Source of the DNA: Planctomycetota bacterium
GTDB taxonomy: Bacteria > Planctomycetota > JAJSAM01 > JAJVHW01
Assembly: GCA_965248445.1 (NCBI GenBank)
Contig: CBDFJG010000002.1
Span: 834,528-898,527, forward strand
DNA: 64,000 bases
Reading direction: 5' to 3'
The notes under the pieces are model-generated. The model had not been told where the DNA came from, ran no database searches, and saw only the letters and a list, made by a program, of their open reading frames with translations. A program made the position numbers and the translations under genes. Of this stretch, positions 39,375 to 48,876 are shown one piece after another (position 1 is the first letter of the stretch; each line of letters opens with the position of its first letter).

Positions 39375-41828
39375 TCAGTCCCTCGCCCGTGCGCCGCGGC
39401 GGCCAGGACGGCGAAGTGCTGAGCCGACGATCGCAGCGCGCGCTTTGGGACTCGACTTCGCCATCACATCGTCTGCGATGACGGCGGGAGGCCGGACGGT
39501 CAGCGCCACACTGATGTCGCCCTCGCCGCGGGAGTTGGCGCCGTCGGTCACGCGGATCACTTCGCCCGGCGAGACCTTCATCGTGACGAGCTGGCTGTCG
39601 AGACCGCCGAAGCCGCCCACCCGGAACGTGCCTCCGTGTGCGGCCGAGGCAGCCGGCGCAGCCGATGCCGCCCCGGCCCCCGCATCCGCCGCACCCGCGC
39701 CGCCCCCCGAGAGCCCGGGAAACAGCGACAGGATCGCCTTCATGATCAGCGCCTGCTGGATCATGCGGGCCACGTCGAGAGCGAACTGCGCCGCGAACTC
39801 CCGGAACGCCTCCGACGCCGACTTGCTCCCGCTGGCGACCTCTGCCAAGGCGTCGTTGATTCCGCCGGAGAGGTCGTTCACGGCGACGTCGGCCATCTGC
39901 GCGCCCAGCCGACCCCAGCCCGCGGTCTCCTCGCGAAGCTGGCTGATACGCGCCTGAAAGCCGGAGCCGAGGTCCTCGCCGGTGACCGCTGCGGAGAGTT
40001 GCCCCTGTCGGCGGACGCGCGCCTGCGCCTGCGCAGAGAGCGCCTCGATCTCCAGCGCCTTCGTGAGCTCGCCGCGACGGCGCAGTTCCTCGACCTGCTT
40101 GCGCGTCTCCTCCTGGAGTGCGGCCAGGTGCGCCGCTGTGGCAAGGCGCGCGAGCCGCGACTGGTCGGTCTCGCCATCGGCGGCGAGCGCCAGAACACGC
40201 TGGTTGTAGTCGGCGAGCCACGCGAGTTCCTGCTCGCGCCCCTCGCGCAGGATCGTGCGGCGCTGGTCGATGTGGGCGGCGAAGAGCGCACGGCGTTTCT
40301 GCCCGGCCTGCTCCTCGGTCAGGTGCCCGCGGCGTTCGGCGTCGCTGACGATGCGGACCTCGGCGCTGTAGCGCGCACCCGCCTCGTCGAGCTTCAGCCG
40401 CGTGAGGCTTCGGTCGTCCACGAGCGTTGCGGCCTGGGCTTGCCGGCGGATCGCGTCCACGCGGTCGAGGAAGTTGCTCTGCGCATCGACGGCGAGCTGG
40501 TCGTGCTCGCTGTTGATGGCCGCCTCTCGCCGACGGAACTCCTCCACGAGCCGCAGGTACTCCGGCGCGTCGCGCTCGAGCCCCTCCAGCGCCTTGGACG
40601 CCAGCGTCTCCTCGACCTCGGCGCGATGCTCGGTGAGCGCCTTGTCGCGGTCTGTGACGCCGGGGTCCACGCGAAGGGCGCTGCGATCGTTCTCGCGTCG
40701 CAGCGCGTCGGCGCGCGTGGCAGCAGTGCGAACGGCGGCGATGCCCTCCCGAACCGTCCTCTCGCGCTTCAGGAGGTCGAGCATCTCGCGCTCATGCTGG
40801 ATGCGCGCTCTCAGCTCGATCCGCTTCTCGCGCGGCGCGTCCGAAGCGCGACGCAGGTCGTCCATCGCGTCGTTGATGCGCGAGCGCTGCCGTTCGAGCG
40901 CGGGGTCGAACAGGTCGGGACGGAGCAGCCCCTGGATCGCCACGCCCTTGTCGCGACGCGCCCGCTCCCGCGCCGTCTGCGCCGCCTCGAACTGCGCCAG
41001 CGCGGACTCGGTAGCCTTGGCCTCGGCGGCGATCTGCTTCTGCGCGTCGGCCTCCTCCTTCGCAGCGTCGGCCGTCTTCTTCCGGCTGCCCTTGATCTCG
41101 CCCTGAATCTCCCGCTGCTCGCGCAGGCCAGCGATGTAGCGCTCCTGCTCCCTGACCAGCGCGTCGGCTGCCTGGGCGGCGTTGTCGATCGAAGGCAGGA
41201 AGCCCTCGCGCGGGAAGATCGCGGCGCCGAGATTGCGCCAGAACGAACCCACGTCCTCGTGGCCGATGAGACCCGCCTGACTCTCCCGGACAGCGAGGTT
41301 CTTGCGGCGGCGCAGTTCCTTCTCGGCGCCGGCGATGTCCACGTCGGCCGACTCGGCGTCCTCGCCGCGGCGCAGGAGGCCCAGCTCGATCCGCAGCTTC
41401 TCCAAGCTCTCGCGCGTGGACTTGGCCCGGTCCTCGGTTGCGGCGAAGACCGAGACGATGTCCTCCTTCTGAGAGACCAGCAGCGCGAAACCGGCACCGA
41501 CGGCGGCGATGGCGATGCCGACAGGCGTGAACCCGCCCGTCACGAGTCCTGCCAGCGACGTGGTGATGCCGGACATCGCCGGGGAGACCTCTGCGCCCAT
41601 GAGCGTCAGGGACTGCGTGGCAAGCTGCGTCGCCTGCTCCACGCCGCGCAGAGCCGGACCGACGCCCTGGATCTCGTTGGTGACCGAACGCATTGCCTTG
41701 CCCGCGCCGCCCATCTGGCGGATCTCGGTGCCGGTCTTCTTGACGGCGGCGCGCGCCTTGCCGAGGTCGGACGTGATCTGCGCGGAGTCCGCGCTGAGCA
41801 GCACTCGCAGTTTTCCGACGACGGCCAT
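39375..41828 (-). CDS. Tail tape measure protein, 817 aa
   Basis: VGKLRVLLSADSAQ N-terminus, long Ala/Arg/Glu helical body, lambda-like C-terminal region, AHGG..GE.I end motif. Confidence 0.9.
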   Translation of the reverse strand: MAVVGKLRVLLSADSAQITSDLGKARAAVKKTGTEIRQMGGAGKAMRSVTNEIQGVGPALRGVEQATQLATQSLTLMGAEVSPAMSGITTSLAGLVTGGFTPVGIAIAAVGAGFALLVSQKEDIVSVFAATEDRAKSTRESLEKLRIELGLLRRGEDAESADVDIAGAEKELRRRKNLAVRESQAGLIGHEDVGSFWRNLGAAIFPREGFLPSIDNAAQAADALVREQERYIAGLREQREIQGEIKGSRKKTADAAKEEADAQKQIAAEAKATESALAQFEAAQTARERARRDKGVAIQGLLRPDLFDPALERQRSRINDAMDDLRRASDAPREKRIELRARIQHEREMLDLLKRERTVREGIAAVRTAATRADALRRENDRSALRVDPGVTDRDKALTEHRAEVEETLASKALEGLERDAPEYLRLVEEFRRREAAINSEHDQLAVDAQSNFLDRVDAIRRQAQAATLVDDRSLTRLKLDEAGARYSAEVRIVSDAERRGHLTEEQAGQKRRALFAAHIDQRRTILREGREQELAWLADYNQRVLALAADGETDQSRLARLATAAHLAALQEETRKQVEELRRRGELTKALEIEALSAQAQARVRRQGQLSAAVTGEDLGSGFQARISQLREETAGWGRLGAQMADVAVNDLSGGINDALAEVASGSKSASEAFREFAAQFALDVARMIQQALIMKAILSLFPGLSGGGAGAADAGAGAASAAPAASAAHGGTFRVGGFGGLDSQLVTMKVSPGEVIRVTDGANSRGEGDISVALTVRPPAVIADDVMAKSSPKARAAIVGSALRRPGRRGARARD

Positions 41829-41831
41829 GGG

Positions 41832-42170
41832 TCAGGCTTCCCGCCTGGAGGGGGCGACGGAGAAGGACGCGGCAAGCCTCCGCGCGGCGTCCATCTGCTC
41901 CTCCGGGTCCTGTTCAGCGTCGCCCCGCCCGGAGACTCGGTCCATCAGCGGGCCGAGCTCTGGCATGCGCTCGACGCGAGAGAGCGCAGCGGCATGCCAG
42001 GCCGTGAAGATCGCGAGTTCGTACGTCCGCTGACGCTCAGCGGAGAGCGCGCGCAGGTGACACGCCGTCTCGCGCGGCGTCTGTCGCCAGAAGACTGCGG
42101 GCGGGATACCCGCTTCAGCGGCCCGGTCCCGCCACTCCTCTAGTCCGAAGGGGCGGGCGTCGGAGGGTCC
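41832..42170 (-). CDS. Tail assembly chaperone T portion (frameshift extension, not in the ORF track)
   Basis: The -1 frame reads ..GLEEWRDRAAEAGIPPAVFWRQTPRE..AWHAAALSR..SRREA*, with no start codon before the conserved motif. Confidence 0.8.
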   Translation of the reverse strand, partial: GPSDARPFGLEEWRDRAAEAGIPPAVFWRQTPRETACHLRALSAERQRTYELAIFTAWHAAALSRVERMPELGPLMDRVSGRGDAEQDPEEQMDAARRLAASFSVAPSRREA

Positions 42171-42505
42171 GCCTCGGCGGTCTCGGCCTCATCGGGGTCG
42201 AGCTCGGGGAAGAAGTAGCGCAGCGCCACGCCCATCACGCGCTGCGCCTCCTTGCGGCCCATGCCGTCGATGAGGCGTCCCGCGTCCTTCAGCGTCACGT
42301 CGGCGTGGTGCTCCTGCAGGCCCGCCCACAGCATGGCGCGAAGCGAGCGCGCCGAGAGCTTCTCGCGGGCGATGTCGAGCAACGCGTCCGACAGCGGCAT
42401 CCCTGCGGCGTCCTCGTAGGTCGCAGCCGCATTCCAGGAGTACCTCACTCGGTATGCGCGATCGCCGATGTCGAACGACGCCTCGCCACGATGTGGGTTG
42501 CCCAT
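42140..42505 (-). CDS. Tail assembly chaperone G
   Basis: GAGGAG RBS, MGNPHRGEASF.., LRAMLWAGL; position between tail tube and tape measure. Confidence 0.82.
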   Translation of the reverse strand: MGNPHRGEASFDIGDRAYRVRYSWNAAATYEDAAGMPLSDALLDIAREKLSARSLRAMLWAGLQEHHADVTLKDAGRLIDGMGRKEAQRVMGVALRYFFPELDPDEAETAEADPPTPAPSD

Positions 42506-42519
42506 CGCCGGTCTCTCCT

Positions 42520-42969
42520 CTATGCGAAGTCGGTCGGGACTGCGCGTCCCGTGACCTTGATTTTGCAGGCCACGGTGAGCAGGTCCTTGGCGGCCGAGGA
42601 CGGCTCCCAGCCGGTGATGAAGCCGGGCACCGTCAGCGTCGGGGTGTTCGGGAACTGCGGCCACTCGACGCGCCACTTGCGCGTCGTGCCCGCGAGGAAG
42701 TCCGCGAGCAGGCCGGAGTTCGCGCCGTGGGAGACGTGCTCGGGGCGGAAGTTCAAGACGAGCGAGATCTCGCCGCCGTCGGCGATGCCCGGCACGAACT
42801 CCGCGTGATCGTCGGGGGACTCGGTGTGGGTCGCCTCGACGGCGTCGCGCGAGAGCGACGGGCCGCCGATCGACTTGACCTCAGCGACCGAGACGAACGT
42901 CCCGCCATCGACGGGGTCCTCCTTCAGGAACCTGGTCTTCGTGCCGAGCTTCGCGCCGGTGGCCGCCAT
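42520..42969 (-). CDS. Major tail tube protein
   Basis: VAEVKSIGGPSLSRDAVEATH..EFVPGIADGGEISLVLNF..IKVTG. Confidence 0.88.
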   Translation of the reverse strand: MAATGAKLGTKTRFLKEDPVDGGTFVSVAEVKSIGGPSLSRDAVEATHTESPDDHAEFVPGIADGGEISLVLNFRPEHVSHGANSGLLADFLAGTTRKWRVEWPQFPNTPTLTVPGFITGWEPSSAAKDLLTVACKIKVTGRAVPTDFA

Positions 42970-42987
42970 CTGGTCCTCCTCCGCCCG

Positions 42988-43329
42988 CTACAGGGCGAAC
43001 GCCCCCACGGAGAGGTCCGCCTCGGTCGAGTAGGTCACGACCACGCGGGCGTTCGTGTCGTTGAAGGCCGGCGGGTCGAGGGGCCCGATCCAGCGCTCCT
43101 CGTCCGCCGGGACCTGGACGACGAGATCGGTCTTGGCGGCTCCCTGCGGCAGCGCGCCGGCGGGGAGCTGCGAGACGACCGTCACCGTCCGGGACGTGGA
43201 GAGGTTGGCATTGACCACGCGCAGGAACACGCGCCCGCTGTTGGCGAACGAGTCACCGCCCGCCGCTGCGGCGTCGAGGGTCGGGTCAATCCCCGCGCGC
43301 GAGATCTGCTGGACCGTCAGGACCGCCAT
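42988..43329 (-). CDS. Phage structural hypothetical protein
   Basis: 113 aa with GGAGG RBS; GGDSFANSG..WIGPL beta-rich; next to the tail tube gene. Confidence 0.7.
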   Translation of the reverse strand: MAVLTVQQISRAGIDPTLDAAAAGGDSFANSGRVFLRVVNANLSTSRTVTVVSQLPAGALPQGAAKTDLVVQVPADEERWIGPLDPPAFNDTNARVVVTYSTEADLSVGAFAL

Positions 43330-43401
43330 GAGCCGCCTCCGTGGGTTGCGCTCTGATCCTGAGCGTCGAGGGCTACGGAGGGTCGATCAAGCGGGGCGCG
43401 T

Positions 43402-43433
43402 GGAACCGGCGGCGCGTGAACACCGCCGGTTCC
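43402..43433. terminator. Stem-loop downstream of the DUF2924 moron (no U-tract)
   Basis: Perfect 11-bp inverted repeat GGAACCGGCGG / CCGCCGGTTCC with a 10-nt loop. Confidence 0.5.
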
Positions 43434-43451
43434 GTTCCTCGGCCCCGTCCT

Positions 43452-43727
43452 TCAGAGCGGCAGAGACTCCGTTGCAGCTGCCGGGTCGTAGACCAACTCG
43501 GCGTTCGGCCACTCTCCGCGCCAGATGCGCGCGTTGTAGGAGACGCGGAGTTCTTCGCCGTCGACGGTCACGATGCGCCCCTCGCGGAAACGCGACGCGC
43601 CGAGACCCGAACGATCCCGCTCCTCCGCGTACAGAGCCGATGCCTCGGCGAGCGAGGAGACTGCGTGGACCTGTCGCCCGACCCGCAGAGTGCTGCGCGC
43701 GGTCCCGGCGTCGCCGCTACTCCGCAC
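43452..43727 (-). CDS. Small hypothetical protein (RVSYNARIW motif)
   Basis: Overlaps the stop of the DUF2924 gene; start uncertain. Confidence 0.6.
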   Translation of the reverse strand: MRSSGDAGTARSTLRVGRQVHAVSSLAEASALYAEERDRSGLGASRFREGRIVTVDGEELRVSYNARIWRGEWPNAELVYDPAAATESLPL

Positions 43728-44124
43728 GGGACGCTTCGTCGCTGACGGCGGCGGCTTCGGTCGAGGCCGACGCACTCTTGCCGCGCTTCGGCGTCGCGCG
43801 CTTCGCGTCTGTCAGCTTGAACCAGAGGAAACCGTTGATCGACTTGGCCCCCGTGATCGCGGCTGCGAGCGCGGAGAGCGAGCGGTACTCCTTCCGCTCC
43901 CACCGGAACCCCTCCTCCAGCACGCTCACGCGGATCGCGCGTCCCTTGTACTCGCGCACGAGCGTCGAGCCCGGTACGGGGAGCCGTGGGTCGCGCGCTC
44001 GCTTCGGCTTGGGCTTCGTGGCCTTCTTGGACCGCTTCGCCGCGGTCGTCTTGGTGGCCTTGCTCGCGGCCTTGTGGGGCGCGCGAGCTCTCTTCGTCGC
44101 GTTCGTCTGCTTGTGCTTGGTCAT
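43717..44124 (-). CDS. DUF2924-domain protein with Lys/Ala-rich basic N-terminal tail
   Basis: AAAGGAGGTG RBS; DPRLPVPGSTLVREYKG..V.V...GF.W....Y.SLSALA.AITG...NGFLWF. Confidence 0.85.
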   Translation of the reverse strand: MTKHKQTNATKRARAPHKAASKATKTTAAKRSKKATKPKPKRARDPRLPVPGSTLVREYKGRAIRVSVLEEGFRWERKEYRSLSALAAAITGAKSINGFLWFKLTDAKRATPKRGKSASASTEAAAVSDEASRAE

Positions 44125-44255
44125 GTAGCACCTCCTTTGTCGCGGACATTCGCTCTTCTGAGCGGACCTAGCGAGTCGTCGTGGCCCTGAAACGCTGGAA
44201 TCTCCAGGGTTCCAGGGAGATGGCGAGTTGGCTTGACATGCGGTCGAGTAGCGCC

Positions 44256-44654
44256 TCACGACGCCGTCCCGCCGATCCAGACCTCGTAGTCCTGGCCCGT
44301 CCGGTAGAGCCCGGTCGTCGGGTCGAAGTCCCATCGCTCGTTGAGCAGGAACACGCCCTCGACCTCGAGCCCGCCCGCAGCTCCGGTGTGGCCGGAGAGC
44401 ACCGCCTGGAGCGCCAGCGCCAGTTCGGTCGCCTCGGCGCGCGTCTTCGCCCACGCATCGACCTGAACGCGTCGCGAGCCCGCGCCGGTCGGCCCATCGA
44501 GCGCGTAGTCGTCGCCGCCGGCAACCTCGGTGAAGACCGCGGCCGGGACGGTCGGAGACTGCGGCAGCACCTCCGTGTAGACGCGACTCCCCGCGAGCGC
44601 CGCGACGCCGGCGTCCGACGTGAGGAGGAGTCGCAGGTACTTGCCGAGCGTCAT
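44256..44654 (-). CDS. Tail completion/terminator protein (DUF3168-like)
   Basis: VAALAGSRVY..LPQ..PA.V; RVQVDAWAKT..EA..LA; ATGA overlap. Confidence 0.8.
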   Translation of the reverse strand: MTLGKYLRLLLTSDAGVAALAGSRVYTEVLPQSPTVPAAVFTEVAGGDDYALDGPTGAGSRRVQVDAWAKTRAEATELALALQAVLSGHTGAAGGLEVEGVFLLNERWDFDPTTGLYRTGQDYEVWIGGTAS

Positions 44655-45157
44655 GACTGCAGCGCCCGCAGCGACTTCTTCGAGAGCTTGCCCGTCTCGG
44701 CCTGCCTTGCGAGGCGCTTCGCGGTCCGCGCGAGGGACTTCCACAGCTCGTCGCCGACGACCTTGATCGCCGCGTCCTTGTTGATCTCGAACGCGGGTGT
44801 GAGGAAGCGGTCGGGTGCCTGCCGCGAGGTCCCGAACTCGACGAAGCTCATGTACCAGTGCTTCGCGTCCGGTCCGATCGCGACGGCCGTCTCGCTGCGG
44901 ACCGACGACTTGATGGCGCTGACCCTGATCGAGTCGGCGCCGTGGCCGATGGACTCGGACTCGCCCTTCTTGCGCTGCTTCGGCGATCCGCGCCGCTTGG
45001 GGTCGGTGCCACGCCGCGCACGCGCACGCGCGTCCTTGACGATCGGCTTCGCTGCCTTCCTGAGAGCGGCAAGCACCACGTTGCGGCGCAGCGCGGCCGG
45101 GATCTCCCCGAGCGCTGCGTCGAGTTCCTTCAACCCCGCGACATCGACGTCGATCAC
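44651..45157 (-). CDS. HK97 gp10-family neck/tail protein
   Basis: V.GLKEL..AL; WYMSFVEFGTSRQAPDRFLTPAF. Confidence 0.85.
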   Translation of the reverse strand: MIDVDVAGLKELDAALGEIPAALRRNVVLAALRKAAKPIVKDARARARRGTDPKRRGSPKQRKKGESESIGHGADSIRVSAIKSSVRSETAVAIGPDAKHWYMSFVEFGTSRQAPDRFLTPAFEINKDAAIKVVGDELWKSLARTAKRLARQAETGKLSKKSLRALQS

Positions 45158-45489
45158 GACTCGCTCCCGTCTGTGCGACCACGGGCGACGATCAGGAGCG
45201 CCTCGCGACGGCCTGCCTCGACGACGGTGACGACGTCGTAGGCGCGCTCTTCGTGGACAACGCGGTGGAGCGGCGTCACGTCGCCTCGCCACCGGATCGT
45301 GAACCGCAAGTCACCTGTCGCGACGAACTGCTGCTTGCCGAAGCCCTCGCGCCCACCGAGCGGTTCGACGCGCGCCCACACCTCCGCAAGCGGGAGCCAG
45401 ATCGTGACGGCCTGGCCCGAGTCGTCGATCTCCTCATGGCGCCGCTCCAAGCGGATCCTGCGGTCGAGCCGGCCGGCGCGGACTGCCAT
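45154..45489 (-). CDS. Head closure / head-tail adaptor protein
   Basis: AGRLDRRIRLER..W...AEVWARVEPLGGRE..FTIRW. Confidence 0.88.
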   Translation of the reverse strand: MAVRAGRLDRRIRLERRHEEIDDSGQAVTIWLPLAEVWARVEPLGGREGFGKQQFVATGDLRFTIRWRGDVTPLHRVVHEERAYDVVTVVEAGRREALLIVARGRTDGSES

Positions 45490-45492
45490 CGT

Positions 45493-46068
45493 CTACCCCG
45501 CAAACCTATGGACTCGGTAGGGGGAGAGAAGCCAATCGGCCGCATGAGGGATCGGCTGCATCGCGACGGGCGCAACAGTCTCGCGGTTCGCGTGGAGTGT
45601 GCCGACGATCAGCAGCACCGCGCGCTTGATCGCGTCGGGAACCGCCGCCGCACCGCCGAACCCACACGTGAAGTCGACACGCACGGCGTCGGGCACGGCG
45701 CGAGCCGACGGCCACGACTTCCCGTACGCCGGCACCGCTTCACCCGGCACCACGTTGGTACGGACGTCGTAGTCGGCGATCGCGACTGTCTTGAGCACGC
45801 CGTCCGCATCCACGTACTGCACGCTCTCGACCGAGACGACCGGTGGATGGGGCAGTGTGATCGCGCCGGCGGGGAACTCCCCGAGCGTGTGGCGCCAGCG
45901 CTGCGTGACGAAGCGACGCCGACAGATCGCCTCGGCCTGCGCGGTTGCCGCCTCGATGAGTGCACCGATGAGGTCGGTCTCCTCGAGCAGGTCCACGCGC
46001 AGGTGGAGCCGCGCTTCGTCCAGCGTCACGAGGGCTTCGGCCGGCGCCTGGATGAGCGCGAGGCCCAC
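45493..46068 (-). CDS. Head-tail connector protein (gp6-like)
   Basis: VTLDEARLHLRVD..LIEAA..; VPDAIKRAVLLIVG.LHANRE; LLSPYR. Confidence 0.88.
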   Translation of the reverse strand: MGLALIQAPAEALVTLDEARLHLRVDLLEETDLIGALIEAATAQAEAICRRRFVTQRWRHTLGEFPAGAITLPHPPVVSVESVQYVDADGVLKTVAIADYDVRTNVVPGEAVPAYGKSWPSARAVPDAVRVDFTCGFGGAAAVPDAIKRAVLLIVGTLHANRETVAPVAMQPIPHAADWLLSPYRVHRFAG

Positions 46069-46071
46069 GGG

Positions 46072-46296
46072 CTACTCCCCTGCGTCGTCGGCGACCGCGG
46101 TGGGCTGGGCCTTCGTCCGCGTGCTCTTGGTGCGCTTCGGCTTGGCGGCGGGCACGGTCTCCGTGACCTCGGCGAGGCACCCGGCCCGGACCAGACGCGT
46201 GGCGGTCGCGGCGTCGAGCGGCGGACACGGCGCCCCCGGATCGACGTAGACGCTGCGCTCGCGATCGTAGAAACGCGAGATGACCTCGTAGCCCAT
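46072..46296 (-). CDS. Small phage hypothetical protein
   Basis: 74 aa with GGAGG RBS, in operon order after the capsid genes. Confidence 0.65.
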   Translation of the reverse strand: MGYEVISRFYDRERSVYVDPGAPCPPLDAATATRLVRAGCLAEVTETVPAAKPKRTKSTRTKAQPTAVADDAGE

Positions 46297-46323
46297 GCCT
46301 CACCTCCTGGTGCGCGTGCTCGC

Positions 46324-46722
46324 CTACGGGACGTAGCGCCGGTCGCCGCGGACGACGTAGGCAGCGCCGAGCTTGGCGGCCTCATCGATCCCCAGCACGG
46401 CAGTGACGTGCGTGAAGCCGTTCGTGCCATCGAGATCGGAAGGGACCTTCTCGATCTCGACATCGGGCGGTGCGGCGCCGCCGACGCCCACCGACGTGAC
46501 GGCAGCACCGAGGTCCTTGGCGCCCGTGCCCGCGGCGTCCTGCGCCTGGCGGAGCTGCACCGTGAGGACCTTGGCCGCCGTGACGGCGCCGGCCTTCGCG
46601 AGGACGACGAGTCGCCCGGCGTGGCGAGCGTCCACCCAGGTGCCCGTGACGTCGGCGGTGCCCACGTCCTGCGGCTCCACGATGCAGTCGAAGCCCAGCG
46701 CCTCGGTCAGCTTCTTGGTCAT
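46324..46722 (-). CDS. Capsid-associated (decoration-like) hypothetical protein
   Basis: 132 aa, beta-rich, GAGGAG RBS, immediately after the major capsid gene. Confidence 0.65.
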   Translation of the reverse strand: MTKKLTEALGFDCIVEPQDVGTADVTGTWVDARHAGRLVVLAKAGAVTAAKVLTVQLRQAQDAAGTGAKDLGAAVTSVGVGGAAPPDVEIEKVPSDLDGTNGFTHVTAVLGIDEAAKLGAAYVVRGDRRYVP

Positions 46723-46767
46723 GTTCGGTCTCCTCGTCGAGTCAGCGGCGGATCAGCGGATCTCGGC

Positions 46768-48009
46768 CTACGGGACGTCGAGCGCGACGAACGGGCTGTA
46801 GGTCTGCCCGTCTTCCTGCTGGATGGGACCGTTGAGCCACGGGCCGCCATCGACGGTCTTGAAGGCCTTGACGACGGTCTTGTTCTGCTTGAAGAGCACG
46901 TGCTCGGAAGCGGCGACCGTGGTCGCGACGCCGTCCTTGATCAGGTAGTAGCTCGGCACGATCAGGAGCACGTCGCCGAGGGAGCCGACGGCCGGACTGC
47001 GGTAGTTCTTCACGACCGCGCGGCCCAGCAGCGAGGCGGGCGCGCCGGTGCGCGCGTCCTCCTGCCAGATGTAGTGCCCTGCTCCGTCCTTCATCTGGCG
47101 CAGCTTCGGGATGACGCGCGGGGAGACGATCCACATCGCCTCGCCGTCCTCGTGGAGCTCTGCCTCCATCTCGACGAGGTCGTCGTATGCGATCTCGCCA
47201 GCCAGGGCGCGGTTGACCTTCTTGAGCGCGTCGCACGCGAGCACGCCGAGCGGTCGGGCAATGCCGTTGCCGGAGAGGAACGCCACGTCCTCGGCAGCGA
47301 GCAGGCCGCCGCGGAGCATGCGCTCGATCAGCGAGGACGCCGAGCGCCAGTTCCGCAGCAGCTTGTCGGTCACGACGATGTGGGCCGCGACCTCGCGCGG
47401 CGTCCAACGGGTCTCCTTGATCCTGATGCTGGTCTCGGGCTTGTCGCCGCCCTCTCCGATCCAGTCCACGGCGACGCCGCCGTAGAGGTTGGAGCCGACA
47501 CCCTGGTTGAGGGACGGGAGCACCAGATCGGCGTCGGGCGACTCGCCGGCGGGGACGACCGTGGCGCGGGGGCGGAAGATCGCCTCGTTGGCCGTGACCT
47601 CGCGCAGCGTCGGGTTGATCTCGTCGGGGATCGCGAGACCGCCCGACTCGCCGGTGCCCATCTCCTGCAGCGCCAGGATGCGGGGGTCGCGGGGCTGGAA
47701 GCGAGCGCAGTAGACGAGCTCGCCGACGTTCTCGAAGCCGGGGTTCTCGATGCCGGACTTCTTCGCGCGCGGCGTCTCTGTCTCTTCGGGCTGGGGCTTC
47801 GAGGGAACCGGGTCGAGGCGATCCAGGACCGCGCGCTCGCTCTCCACGAACTCCACCCGCTCGATCTGCTTGCCGATCCCCGCGATCTTGACGCGCGCCT
47901 CCGCGAAGGAAGTCTCCTCCTCTTCGGTGAGCTCTTCCTTCACGGTGAGCGGCTCGAGCTGATCGACCAGCTCCTTGCGCGCCATCTTGAGTTCCAGCAC
48001 CTTCGACAT
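46768..48009 (-). CDS. Major capsid protein, HK97 fold
   Basis: Coiled-coil delta domain, GGLAIPDE, WIGEG..KPE, AFLSGNG..PLGVL and LLGRAV motifs. Confidence 0.93.
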   Translation of the reverse strand: MSKVLELKMARKELVDQLEPLTVKEELTEEEETSFAEARVKIAGIGKQIERVEFVESERAVLDRLDPVPSKPQPEETETPRAKKSGIENPGFENVGELVYCARFQPRDPRILALQEMGTGESGGLAIPDEINPTLREVTANEAIFRPRATVVPAGESPDADLVLPSLNQGVGSNLYGGVAVDWIGEGGDKPETSIRIKETRWTPREVAAHIVVTDKLLRNWRSASSLIERMLRGGLLAAEDVAFLSGNGIARPLGVLACDALKKVNRALAGEIAYDDLVEMEAELHEDGEAMWIVSPRVIPKLRQMKDGAGHYIWQEDARTGAPASLLGRAVVKNYRSPAVGSLGDVLLIVPSYYLIKDGVATTVAASEHVLFKQNKTVVKAFKTVDGGPWLNGPIQQEDGQTYSPFVALDVP

Positions 48010-48072
48010 CGGGTGTTCCTCCGGGTCGTTGTCGTTCGACAAGTCCGAGCGTCGAGCGCTGCGGAGGGTCGT

Positions 48073-48876
48073 TCAAGTCGCGAGGTGCAGGACATCGACG
48101 ATGCGCCGGCGCACGGCGCGGGACGTGCCCTTGCACGGCGGTTCGTGCGTCACGCGCGGCTCCTCGATCTCGGCGATGCGCGGGGGAGCGGGGAGCGCCA
48201 GTCCGTCGTCTGCAGCCGACGCCGCCAGGTGCTCGGGAACGCGGCGGAAGCGCGAGAGCCCGAAGACCTGCGCCTTCTTCGCCCCCTTCTCGACCTCGTC
48301 CGCGAACCGCTCGGAGACAGCTTCGTCGGCCGTCATCCACCACTCGCCGCCCTCGTCGGTCACGCGCTTGGACACCGCCGGGGCCCGACGTCCGGTGCGC
48401 CGCGCGTAGGTGGTGAGCATCGCGGACCACGCCTTGTCGAGCGTTCCCGCCTGCCGTCGCATCTCCTCGGCGTCGCCCATCGCGACCGTCCACGGCCGAT
48501 GGACCATGAGCATCGCGTTCTCGGCGACGACGGTGCGGTCGCCGGCCATGGCGATCAGCGAGGCGATCGATGCAGCCAGCCCGTCGATGTGGATCGTCAC
48601 CTTCGCGGGGAAGCGCGCGAGCGCGTTGTAGACGGCGATCCCCTCGAAGACGTCCCCGCCGGGGCTGTTGATGCGCACGGTGAGTTCGGAGACCTCGCCG
48701 AGTGCGTTCAGGTCCTCGATGACCTGGCGCGCGGCGATCCCGCCGAAGAGGTCCACGCCGAGGATGTCGTACAGGTAGAGAGTCGGCGCGGGCGCGCCGT
48801 CCTCGGCCAGCATGAGCGCGTAGCCCCTGCAGTCGGTGAGCGCGTAGCCCCTGCAGTCGGTGAGCGCGGTGGTCAT
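48073..48876 (-). CDS. ClpP-like head maturation protease
   Basis: RINSPGGDVFEG, IDGLAASIAS (Ser), MLMVHRP (His), EWWMTADEA. Confidence 0.92.
   Translation of the reverse strand: MTTALTDCRGYALTDCRGYALMLAEDGAPAPTLYLYDILGVDLFGGIAARQVIEDLNALGEVSELTVRINSPGGDVFEGIAVYNALARFPAKVTIHIDGLAASIASLIAMAGDRTVVAENAMLMVHRPWTVAMGDAEEMRRQAGTLDKAWSAMLTTYARRTGRRAPAVSKRVTDEGGEWWMTADEAVSERFADEVEKGAKKAQVFGLSRFRRVPEHLAASAADDGLALPAPPRIAEIEEPRVTHEPPCKGTSRAVRRRIVDVLHLAT
48813..48868. repeat. 24-bp in-frame tandem duplication at the protease 5' end
   Basis: TGAGCGCGTAGCCCCTGCAGTCGG twice (48813-48860) plus an 8-bp partial copy; encodes ALTDCRGY twice. Confidence 0.92.
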
